DNA from: Paraphysomonas bandaiensis
Lineage: Eukaryota; Protista; Chrysophyceae
DNA: 8,417 nucleotides
Direction: 5' to 3'
Assembly: GCA_965644295.1 (NCBI GenBank)
Contig: CBFFRP010000548.1
Span: 1-8,417, forward strand
How positions within the stretch are numbered: position 1 is the first letter of the stretch; each line of letters begins with the position of its first letter. Shown here piece by piece: positions 1 through 8,415 of the stretch. The position numbers and the translations under genes were made by a program. A model generated the notes under the pieces. That model had not been told where the DNA came from. It was given only the letters and a program-made list of their open reading frames with translations, and did no database searches.

Positions 1-3000
1 ATGACCGGTGGTTTGAAGGTTACTGGTGGTTCATCCGTATTAGATGCTGGATTGACAGTAACTGGCGGTTCTAGTGTTTTCACTGATGGTTTCACTGTAA
101 CTGGTGGTTCTACTGTAATGACCGGTGGTTTGAAGGTTACTGGTGGTTCATCCGTATTAGATGCTGGATTGACAGTTACTGGTGGTTCTACTGTAATGAC
201 GGGTGGTTTGAAGGTTACTGGTGGTTCATCCGTATTAGATGCTGGATTGACAGTAACTGGCGGTTCTAGTGTTTTCACTGACGGTTTCACTGTAACTGGT
301 GGTTCTACTGTAATGACTGGTGGTTTGAAGGTTACTGGTGGTTCATCCGTATTAGATGCTGGATTGACAGTAACTGGCGGTTCTAGTGTTTTCACTGATG
401 GTTTCACTGTAACTGGTGGTTCTACTGTAATGACCGGTGGTTTGAAGGTTACTGGTGGTTCATCCGTATTAGATGATGGTTTCACAGTTACTGGTGGTTC
501 TACTGTAATGACGGGTGGTTTGAAGGTTACTGGTGGTTCATCCGTATTAGATGCTGGATTGACAGTAACTGGCGGTTCTAGTGTTTTCACTGACGGTTTC
601 ACTGTAACTGGTGGTTCTACTGTAATGACCGGTGGTTTGAAGGTTACTGGTGGTTCATCCGTATTAGATGCTGGATTGACAGTAACTGGCGGTTCTAGTG
701 TTTTCACTGATGGTTTCACTGTAACTGGTGGTTCTACTGTAATGACCGGTGGTTTGAAGGTTACTGGTGGTTCATCCGTATTAGATGCTGGATTGACAGT
801 TACTGGTGGTTCTACTGTAATGACGGGTGGTTTGAAGGTTACTGGTGGTTCATCCGTATTAGATGCTGGATTGACAGTAACTGGCGGTTCTAGTGTTTTC
901 ACTGATGGTTTCACTGTAACTGGTGGTTCTACTGTAATGACCGGTGGTTTGAAGGTTACTGGTGGTTCATCCGTATTAGATGCTGGATTGACAGTAACTG
1001 GCGGTTCTAGTGTTTTCACTGATGGTTTCACTGTAACTGGTGGTTCTACTGTAATGACCGGTGGTTTGAAGGTTACTGGTGGTTCATCCGTATTAGATGC
1101 TGGATTGACAGTAACTGGCGGTTCTAGTGTTTTCACTGATGGTTTCACTGTAACTGGTGGTTCTACTGTAATGACCGGTGGTTTGAAGGTTACTGGTGGT
1201 TCATCCGTATTAGATGCTGGATTGACAGTAACTGGCGGTTCTAGTGTTTTCACTGATGGTTTCACTGTAACTGGTGGTTCTACTGTAATGACCGGTGGTT
1301 TGAAGGTTACTGGTGGTTCATCCGTATTAGATGATGGTTTCACAGTTACTGGTGGTTCTACTGTAATGACGGGTGGTTTGAAGGTTACTGGTGGTTCATC
1401 CGTATTAGATGCTGGATTGACAGTAACTGGCGGTTCTAGTGTTTTCACTGACGGTTTCACTGTAACTGGTGGTTCTACTGTAATGACCGGTGGTTTGAAG
1501 GTTACTGGTGGTTCATCCGTATTAGATGCTGGATTGACAGTAACTGGCGGTTCTAGTGTTTTCACTGATGGTTTCACTGTAACTGGTGGTTCTACTGTAA
1601 TGACCGGTGGTTTGAAGGTTACTGGTGGTTCATCCGTATTAGATGATGGTTTCACAGTTACTGGTGGTTCTACTGTAATGACGGGTGGTTTGAAGGTTAC
1701 TGGTGGTTCATCCGTATTAGATGCTGGATTGACAGTAACTGGCGGTTCTAGTGTTTTCACTGACGGTTTCACTGTAACTGGTGGTTCTACTGTAATGACC
1801 GGTGGTTTGAAGGTTACTGGTGGTTCATCCGTATTAGATGCTGGATTGACAGTAACTGGCGGTTCTAGTGTTTTCACTGATGGTTTCACTGTAACTGGTG
1901 GTTCTACTGTAATGACCGGTGGTTTGAAGGTTACTGGTGGTTCATCCGTATTAGATGATGGTTTCACAGTTACTGGTGGTTCTACTGTAATGACGGGTGG
2001 TTTGAAGGTTACTGGTGGTTCATCCGTATTAGATGCTGGATTGACAGTAACTGGCGGTTCTAGTGTTTTCACTGATGGTTTCACTGTAACTGGTGGTTCT
2101 ACTGTAATGACCGGTGGTTTGAAGGTTACTGGTGGTTCATCCGTATTAGATGCTGGATTGACAGTAACTGGCGGTTCTAGTGTTTTCACTGATGGTTTCA
2201 CTGTAACTGGTGGTTCTACTGTAATGACCGGTGGTTTGAAGGTTACTGGTGGTTCATCCGTATTAGATGATGGTTTCACAGTTACTGGTGGTTCTACTGT
2301 AATGATGGGTGGTTTGAAGGTTACTGGTGGTTCATCCGTATTAGATGCTGGATTGACAGTAACTGGCGGTTCTAGTGTTTTCACTGATGGTTTCACTGTA
2401 ACTGGTGGTTCTACTGTAATGACGGGTGGTTTGAAGGTTACTGGTGGTTCATCCGTATTAGATGCTGGTTTCACTGTAACTGGCGGTTCTAGTGTTTTCA
2501 CTGATGGTTTCACTGTAACTGGTGGTTCTACTGTAATGACCGGTGGTTTGAAGGTTACTGGTGGTTCATCCGTATTAGATGCTGGATTGACAGTAACTGG
2601 CGGTTCTAGTGTTTTCACTGATGGTTTCACTGTAACTGGTGGTTCTACTGTAATGACGGGTGGTTTGAAGGTTACTGGTGGTTCATCCGTATTAGATGAT
2701 GGTTTCACAGTTACTGGTGGTTCTAGTGTTTTCACTGATGGTTTCACTGTAACTGGTGGTTCTACTGTAATGACCGGTGGTTTGAAGGTTACTGGTGGTT
2801 CATCCGTATTAGATGATGGTTTCACAGTTACTGGTGGTTCTACTGTAATGACGGGTGGTTTGAAGGTTACTGGTGGTTCATCCGTATTAGATGCTGGATT
2901 GACAGTAACTGGCGGTTCTAGTGTTTTCACTGATGGTTTCACTGTAACTGGTGGTTCTACTGTAATGACCGGTGGTTTGAAGGTTACTGGTGGTTCATCC

Positions 3001-6000
3001 GTATTAGATGCTGGATTGACAGTAACTGGCGGTTCTAGTGTTTTCACTGATGGTTTCACTGTAACTGGTGGTTCTACTGTAATGACCGGTGGTTTGAAGG
3101 TTACTGGTGGTTCATCCGTATTAGATGATGGTTTCACAGTTACTGGTGGTTCTACTGTAATGACGGGTGGTTTGAAGGTTACTGGTGGTTCATCCGTATT
3201 AGATGCTGGATTGACAGTAACTGGCGGTTCTAGTGTTTTCACTGATGGTTTCACTGTAACTGGTGGTTCTACTGTAATGACCGGTGGTTTGAAGGTTACT
3301 GGTGGTTCATCCGTATTAGATGCTGGATTGACAGTAACTGGCGGTTCTAGTGTTTTCACTGATGGTTTCACTGTAACTGGTGGTTCTACTGTAATGACCG
3401 GTGGTTTGAAGGTTACTGGTGGTTCATCCGTATTAGATGCTGGATTGACAGTAACTGGCGGTTCTAGTGTTTTCACTGATGGTTTCACTGTAACTGGTGG
3501 TTCTACTGTAATGACCGGTGGTTTGAAGGTTACTGGTGGTTCATCCGTATTAGATGATGGTTTCACAGTTACTGGTGGTTCTACTGTAATGACGGGTGGT
3601 TTGAAGGTTACTGGTGGTTCATCCGTATTAGATGCTGGATTGACAGTAACTGGCGGTTCTAGTGTTTTCACTGATGGTTTCACTGTAACTGGTGGTTCTA
3701 CTGTAATGACCGGTGGTTTGAAGGTTACTGGTGGTTCATCCGTATTAGATGCTGGATTGACAGTAACTGGCGGTTCTAGTGTTTTCACTGATGGTTTCAC
3801 TGTAACTGGTGGTTCTACTGTAATGACCGGTGGTTTGAAGGTTACTGGTGGTTCATCCGTATTAGATGCTGGATTGACAGTAACTGGCGGTTCTAGTGTT
3901 TTCACTGATGGTTTCACTGTAACTGGTGGTTCTTCTGTAATGACGGGTGGTTTGAAGGTTACTGGTGGTTCATCCGTATTAGATGATGGTTTCACTGTAA
4001 CTGGTGGTTCTACTGTAATGACCGGTGGTTTGAAGGTTACTGGTGGTTCATCCGTATTAGATGCTGGATTGACAGTAACTGGCGGTTCTAGTGTTTTCAC
4101 TGATGGTTTCACAGTTACTGGTGGTTCTACTGTAATGACGGGTGGTTTGAAGGTTACTGGTGGTTCATCCGTATTAGATGCTGGATTGACAGTAACTGGC
4201 GGTTCTAGTGTTTTCACTGATGGTTTCACTGTAACTGGTGGCTCTACTGTAATGACCGGTGGTTTGAAGGTTACTGGTGGTTCATCCGTATTAGATGATG
4301 GTTTCACAGTTACTGGTGGTTCTACTGTAATGACGGGTGGTTTGAAGGTTACTGGTGGTTCATCCGTATTGGATGCTGGATTGACAGTAACTGGTGGTTC
4401 TACTGTAATGACGGGTGGTTTGAAGGTTACTGGTGGTTCATCCGTATTAGATGCTGGATTGACAGTAACTGGCGGTTCTAGTGTTTTCACTGATGGTTTC
4501 ACTGTAACTGGTGGTTCTACTGTAATGACCGGTGGTTTGAAGGTTACTGGTGGTTCATCCGTATTAGATGCTGGATTGACAGTAACTGGCGGTTCTAGTG
4601 TTTTCACTGATGGTTTCACTGTAACTGGTGGCTCTACTGTAATGACGGGTGGTTTGAAGGTTACTGGTGGTTCATCCGTATTAGATGCTGGATTGACAGT
4701 AACTGGCGGTTCTAGTGTTTTCACTGATGGTTTCACTGTAACTGGTGGTTCTACTGTAATGACGGGTGGTTTGAAGGTTACTGGTGGTTCATCCGTATTA
4801 GATGCTGGATTGACAGTAACTGGCGGTTCTAGTGTTTTCACTGATGGTTTCACTGTAACTGGTGGTTCTACTGTAATGACCGGTGGTTTGAAGGTTACTG
4901 GTGGTTCATCCGTATTAGATGATGGTTTCACAGTTACTGGTGGTTCTACTGTAATGACGGGTGGTTTGAAGGTTACTGGTGGTTCATCCGTATTAGATGC
5001 TGGATTGACAGTAACTGGCGGTTCTAGTGTTTTCACTGATGGTTTCACTGTAACTGGTGGTTCTACTGTAATGACCGGTGGTTTGAAGGTTACTGGTGGT
5101 TCATCTGTGTTAGATGCTGGATTGACAGTAACTGGCGGTTCTAGTGTTTTCACTGATGGTTTCACTGTAACTGGTGGTTCATCCGTATTGGATGCTGGAT
5201 TGACAGTAACTGGCGGTTCTAGTGTTTTCACTGATGGTTTCACTGTAACTGGTGGTTCTACTGTAATGATGGGTGGTTTGAAGGTTACTGGTGGTTCATC
5301 CGTATTAGATGATGGTTTCACAGTTACTGGTGGTTCTAGTGTTTTCACTGATGGTTTCACTGTAACTGGTGGTTCTACTGTAATGACCGGTGGTTTGAAG
5401 GTTACTGGTGGTTCATCCGTATTAGATGCTGGATTGACAGTAACTGGCGGTTCTAGTGTTTTCACCGATGGTTTCACTGTAACTGGTGGTTCTACTGTAA
5501 TGACGGGTGGTTTGAAGGTTACTGGTGGTTCATCCGTATTAGATGCTGGATTGACAGTAACTGGCGGTTCTAGTGTTTTCACTGATGGTTTCACTGTAAC
5601 TGGTGGTTCTACTGTAATGACCGGTGGTTTGAAGGTTACTGGTGGTTCATCCGTATTAGATGCTGGATTGACAGTAACTGGCGGTTCTAGTGTTTTCACT
5701 GATGGTTTCACTGTAACTGGTGGTTCTACTGTAATGATGGGTGGTTTGAAGGTTACTGGTGGTTCATCCGTATTAGATGCTGGATTGACAGTAACTGGCG
5801 GTTCTAGTGTTTTCACTGATGGTTTCACTGTAACTGGTGGCTCTACTGTAATGACGGGTGGTTTGAAGGTTACTGGTGGTTCATCTGTGTTAGATTCTGG
5901 ATTGACAGTAACTGGTGGTTCTACTGTAATGACGGGTGGTTTGAAGGTTACTGGTGGTTCATCCGTATTAGATGCTGGATTGACAGTAACTGGTGGTTCT

Positions 6001-8415
6001 AGTGTTTTCACTGACGGTTTCACTGTAACTGGTGGTTCTACTGTAATGACCGGTGGTTTGAAGGTTACTGGTGGTTCATCCGTATTAGATGCTGGATTGA
6101 CAGTAACTGGCGGTTCTACTGTAATGACGGGTGGTTTGAAGGTTACTGGTGGTTCATCCGTATTAGATGCTGGATTGACAGTAACTGGTGGTTCTAGTGT
6201 TTTCACTGACGGTTTCACTGTAACTGGTGGTTCTACTGTAATGACCGGTGGTTTGAAGGTTACTGGTGGTTCATCCGTATTAGATGCTGGATTGACAGTA
6301 ACTGGCGGTTCTAGTGTTTTCACTGATGGTTTCACTGTAACTGGTGGTTCTACTGTAATGATGGGTGGTTTGAAGGTTACTGGTGGTTCATCCGTATTAG
6401 ATGCTGGATTGACAGTAACTGGCGGTTCTAGTGTTTTCACTGATGGTTTCACTGTAACTGGTGGCTCTACTGTAATGACGGGTGGTTTGAAGGTTACTGG
6501 TGGTTCATCTGTGTTAGATTCTGGATTGACAGTAACTGGTGGTTCTACTGTAATGACGGGTGGTTTGAAGGTTACTGGTGGTTCATCCGTATTAGATGCT
6601 GGATTGACAGTAACTGGCGGTTCTAGTGTTTTCACTGATGGTTTCACTGTAACTGGTGGTTCTACTGTAATGATGGGTGGTTTGAAGGTTACTGGTGGTT
6701 CATCCGTATTAGATGCTGGATTGACAGTAACTGGCGGTTCTAGTGTTTTCACTGATGGTTTCACTGTAACTGGTGGTTCTACTGTAATGATGGGTGGTTT
6801 GAAGGTTACTGGTGGTTCATCCGTATTAGATGCTGGATTGACAGTAACTGGCGGTTCTAGTGTTTTCACTGATGGTTTCACTGTAACTGGTGGCTCTACT
6901 GTAATGACGGGTGGTTTGAAGGTTACTGGTGGTTCATCTGTGTTAGATTCTGGATTGACAGTAACTGGTGGTTCTACTGTAATGACGGGTGGTTTGAAGG
7001 TTACTGGTGGTTCATCCGTATTAGATGCTGGATTGACAGTAACTGGCGGTTCTAGTGTTTTCACTGATGGTTTCACTGTAACTGGTGGTTCTACTGTAAT
7101 GACCGGTGGTTTGAAGGTTACTGGTGGTTCATCCGTATTAGATGCTGGATTGACAGTAACTGGCGGTTCTAGTGTTTTCACTGATGGTTTCACTGTAACT
7201 GGTGGTTCTACTGTAATGATGGGTGGTTTGAAGGTTACTGGTGGTTCATCCGTATTAGATGCTGGATTGACAGTAACTGGCGGTTCTAGTGTTTTCACTG
7301 ATGGTTTCACTGTAACTGGTGGCTCTACTGTAATGACGGGTGGTTTGAAGGTTACTGGTGGTTCATCTGTGTTAGATTCTGGATTGACAGTAACTGGTGG
7401 TTCTACTGTAATGACGGGTGGTTTGAAGGTTACTGGTGGTTCATCCGTATTAGATGCTGGATTGACAGTAACTGGTGGTTCTAGTGTTTTCACTGACGGT
7501 TTCACTGTAACTGGTGGTTCTACTGTAATGACCGGTGGTTTGAAGGTTACTGGTGGTTCATCCGTATTAGATGCTGGATTGACAGTAACTGGCGGTTCTA
7601 CTGTAATGACGGGTGGTTTGAAGGTTACTGGTGGTTCATCCGTATTAGATGCTGGATTGACAGTAACTGGTGGTTCTAGTGTTTTCACTGACGGTTTCAC
7701 TGTAACTGGTGGTTCTACTGTAATGACCGGTGGTTTGAAGGTTACTGGTGGTTCATCCGTATTAGATGCTGGATTGACAGTAACTGGCGGTTCTAGTGTT
7801 TTCACTGATGGTTTCACTGTAACTGGTGGTTCTACTGTAATGACGGGTGGTTTGAAGGTTACTGGTGGTTCATCTGTGTTAGATGCTGGATTGACAGTAA
7901 CTGGTGGCTCTACTGTAATGACGGGTGGTTTGAAGGTTACTGGTGGTTCATCCGTATTAGATGCTGGATTGACAGTAACTGGCGGTTCTAGTGTTTTCAC
8001 TGATGGTTTCACTGTAACTGGTGGTTCTACTGTAATGACCGGTGGTTTGAAGGTTACTGGTGGTTCATCCGTATTAGATGCTGGATTGACAGTAACTGGT
8101 GGCTCTACTGTAATGACGGGTGGTTTGAAGGTTACTGGTGGTTCATCCGTATTAGATGCTGGATTGACAGTAACTGGCGGTTCTAGTGTTTTCACTGATG
8201 GTTTCACTGTAACTGGTGGTTCTACTGTAATGACCGGTGGTTTGAAGGTTACTGGTGGTTCATCCGTATTAGATGCTGGATTGACAGTAACTGGCGGTTC
8301 TAGTGTTTTCACTGATGGTTTCACTGTAACTGGTGGTTCTACTGTAATGACGGGTGGTTTGAAGGTTACTGGTGGTTCATCTGTGTTAGATGCTGGATTG
8401 ACAGTAACTGGTGGC
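1..8415 (+). CDS. Giant Gly/Thr/Val/Ser-rich 13-residue repeat protein (partial: open at the 3' end and probably the 5' end); putative beta-solenoid or fibrous surface protein
   Basis: Frame +1 reads MTGGLKVTGGSSV-LDAGLTVTGGSSV-FTDGFTVTGGSTV... with no stop for 2805 codons, while frames +2 (tga at 2-4, recurring) and +3 (tag/tga in B-C units) are closed. All length variation is in multiples of 39 bp. About 10 point variants are at third positions and synonymous (acc/acg/act, gat/gac, ggt/ggc, tta/ttg, tcc/tct, gta/gtg, gta/gtt, act/acc) versus 3 replacements (T>M, A>S, T>S). The ATG at 1 is identical to the internal Met of every A unit, so it is probably not the true start. The product call is an inference from composition only. 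Confidence 0.75.
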   Translation, partial: MTGGLKVTGGSSVLDAGLTVTGGSSVFTDGFTVTGGSTVMTGGLKVTGGSSVLDAGLTVTGGSTVMTGGLKVTGGSSVLDAGLTVTGGSSVFTDGFTVTGGSTVMTGGLKVTGGSSVLDAGLTVTGGSSVFTDGFTVTGGSTVMTGGLKVTGGSSVLDDGFTVTGGSTVMTGGLKVTGGSSVLDAGLTVTGGSSVFTDGFTVTGGSTVMTGGLKVTGGSSVLDAGLTVTGGSSVFTDGFTVTGGSTVMTGGLKVTGGSSVLDAGLTVTGGSTVMTGGLKVTGGSSVLDAGLTVTGGSSVFTDGFTVTGGSTVMTGGLKVTGGSSVLDAGLTVTGGSSVFTDGFTVTGGSTVMTGGLKVTGGSSVLDAGLTVTGGSSVFTDGFTVTGGSTVMTGGLKVTGGSSVLDAGLTVTGGSSVFTDGFTVTGGSTVMTGGLKVTGGSSVLDDGFTVTGGSTVMTGGLKVTGGSSVLDAGLTVTGGSSVFTDGFTVTGGSTVMTGGLKVTGGSSVLDAGLTVTGGSSVFTDGFTVTGGSTVMTGGLKVTGGSSVLDDGFTVTGGSTVMTGGLKVTGGSSVLDAGLTVTGGSSVFTDGFTVTGGSTVMTGGLKVTGGSSVLDAGLTVTGGSSVFTDGFTVTGGSTVMTGGLKVTGGSSVLDDGFTVTGGSTVMTGGLKVTGGSSVLDAGLTVTGGSSVFTDGFTVTGGSTVMTGGLKVTGGSSVLDAGLTVTGGSSVFTDGFTVTGGSTVMTGGLKVTGGSSVLDDGFTVTGGSTVMMGGLKVTGGSSVLDAGLTVTGGSSVFTDGFTVTGGSTVMTGGLKVTGGSSVLDAGFTVTGGSSVFTDGFTVTGGSTVMTGGLKVTGGSSVLDAGLTVTGGSSVFTDGFTVTGGSTVMTGGLKVTGGSSVLDDGFTVTGGSSVFTDGFTVTGGSTVMTGGLKVTGGSSVLDDGFTVTGGSTVMTGGLKVTGGSSVLDAGLTVTGGSSVFTDGFTVTGGSTVMTGGLKVTGGSSVLDAGLTVTGGSSVFTDGFTVTGGSTVMTGGLKVTGGSSVLDDGFTVTGGSTVMTGGLKVTGGSSVLDAGLTVTGGSSVFTDGFTVTGGSTVMTGGLKVTGGSSVLDAGLTVTGGSSVFTDGFTVTGGSTVMTGGLKVTGGSSVLDAGLTVTGGSSVFTDGFTVTGGSTVMTGGLKVTGGSSVLDDGFTVTGGSTVMTGGLKVTGGSSVLDAGLTVTGGSSVFTDGFTVTGGSTVMTGGLKVTGGSSVLDAGLTVTGGSSVFTDGFTVTGGSTVMTGGLKVTGGSSVLDAGLTVTGGSSVFTDGFTVTGGSSVMTGGLKVTGGSSVLDDGFTVTGGSTVMTGGLKVTGGSSVLDAGLTVTGGSSVFTDGFTVTGGSTVMTGGLKVTGGSSVLDAGLTVTGGSSVFTDGFTVTGGSTVMTGGLKVTGGSSVLDDGFTVTGGSTVMTGGLKVTGGSSVLDAGLTVTGGSTVMTGGLKVTGGSSVLDAGLTVTGGSSVFTDGFTVTGGSTVMTGGLKVTGGSSVLDAGLTVTGGSSVFTDGFTVTGGSTVMTGGLKVTGGSSVLDAGLTVTGGSSVFTDGFTVTGGSTVMTGGLKVTGGSSVLDAGLTVTGGSSVFTDGFTVTGGSTVMTGGLKVTGGSSVLDDGFTVTGGSTVMTGGLKVTGGSSVLDAGLTVTGGSSVFTDGFTVTGGSTVMTGGLKVTGGSSVLDAGLTVTGGSSVFTDGFTVTGGSSVLDAGLTVTGGSSVFTDGFTVTGGSTVMMGGLKVTGGSSVLDDGFTVTGGSSVFTDGFTVTGGSTVMTGGLKVTGGSSVLDAGLTVTGGSSVFTDGFTVTGGSTVMTGGLKVTGGSSVLDAGLTVTGGSSVFTDGFTVTGGSTVMTGGLKVTGGSSVLDAGLTVTGGSSVFTDGFTVTGGSTVMMGGLKVTGGSSVLDAGLTVTGGSSVFTDGFTVTGGSTVMTGGLKVTGGSSVLDSGLTVTGGSTVMTGGLKVTGGSSVLDAGLTVTGGSSVFTDGFTVTGGSTVMTGGLKVTGGSSVLDAGLTVTGGSTVMTGGLKVTGGSSVLDAGLTVTGGSSVFTDGFTVTGGSTVMTGGLKVTGGSSVLDAGLTVTGGSSVFTDGFTVTGGSTVMMGGLKVTGGSSVLDAGLTVTGGSSVFTDGFTVTGGSTVMTGGLKVTGGSSVLDSGLTVTGGSTVMTGGLKVTGGSSVLDAGLTVTGGSSVFTDGFTVTGGSTVMMGGLKVTGGSSVLDAGLTVTGGSSVFTDGFTVTGGSTVMMGGLKVTGGSSVLDAGLTVTGGSSVFTDGFTVTGGSTVMTGGLKVTGGSSVLDSGLTVTGGSTVMTGGLKVTGGSSVLDAGLTVTGGSSVFTDGFTVTGGSTVMTGGLKVTGGSSVLDAGLTVTGGSSVFTDGFTVTGGSTVMMGGLKVTGGSSVLDAGLTVTGGSSVFTDGFTVTGGSTVMTGGLKVTGGSSVLDSGLTVTGGSTVMTGGLKVTGGSSVLDAGLTVTGGSSVFTDGFTVTGGSTVMTGGLKVTGGSSVLDAGLTVTGGSTVMTGGLKVTGGSSVLDAGLTVTGGSSVFTDGFTVTGGSTVMTGGLKVTGGSSVLDAGLTVTGGSSVFTDGFTVTGGSTVMTGGLKVTGGSSVLDAGLTVTGGSTVMTGGLKVTGGSSVLDAGLTVTGGSSVFTDGFTVTGGSTVMTGGLKVTGGSSVLDAGLTVTGGSTVMTGGLKVTGGSSVLDAGLTVTGGSSVFTDGFTVTGGSTVMTGGLKVTGGSSVLDAGLTVTGGSSVFTDGFTVTGGSTVMTGGLKVTGGSSVLDAGLTVTGG
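1288..2223. repeat. 312-bp (8-subunit) super-repeat A-D-A-B-C-A-B-C, three tandem copies (D = LDDGFTVTGGSTV)
   Basis: D units lie at 1327, 1639, 1951 and 2263, exactly 312 bp apart. The gac variant is in the C units at 1444 and 1756. The same 8-unit block also occurs at 430-741 and 2770-3081, and an 11-unit (429-bp) version occurs at 3082-3510 and 3511-3939. Confidence 0.85.
5500..7839. repeat. 858-bp (22-subunit) segmental duplication inside the array: 5500-6357 = 6982-7839 (offset 1482 bp)
   Basis: The same unit order and the same diagnostic variants recur at +1482: atg-atg 5734/7216, ggc-tct 5812/7294, tct-gtg 5851/7333, LDS 5890/7372, gac 6007/7489 and 6202/7684, short block 6085/7567. 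Identity breaks at unit 6358 versus 7840. Confidence 0.85.

Noticed and set aside
1-3. ATG at position 1 as the true start codon
   Set aside because: It is the same Met that heads all 79 A units. No unique N-terminus, signal peptide or upstream sequence is visible.
22-29. Chi-like octamer ACTGGTGG in most subunits, inside the core where exchanges map
   Set aside because: It is one mismatch from E. coli Chi (GCTGGTGG), no exact copy was seen, the host is unknown, and Thr-Gly-Gly codons fully explain it.
56-64. Short palindromes CAGT-W-ACTG and ACCGGT as operator sites or hairpins
   Set aside because: They are too short and follow from Thr-Val-Thr and Thr-Gly codons. No extended inverted repeat or terminator was found.
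1-8415. Assignment to collagen-like, RTX (GGxGxDxUx), PE-PGRS, InaZ or pentapeptide-repeat families
   Set aside because: There is no G-X-Y triplet periodicity, RTX nonapeptide, GGAGG motif, 16-aa GYGS repeat or 5-residue period, so no gene symbol is given.
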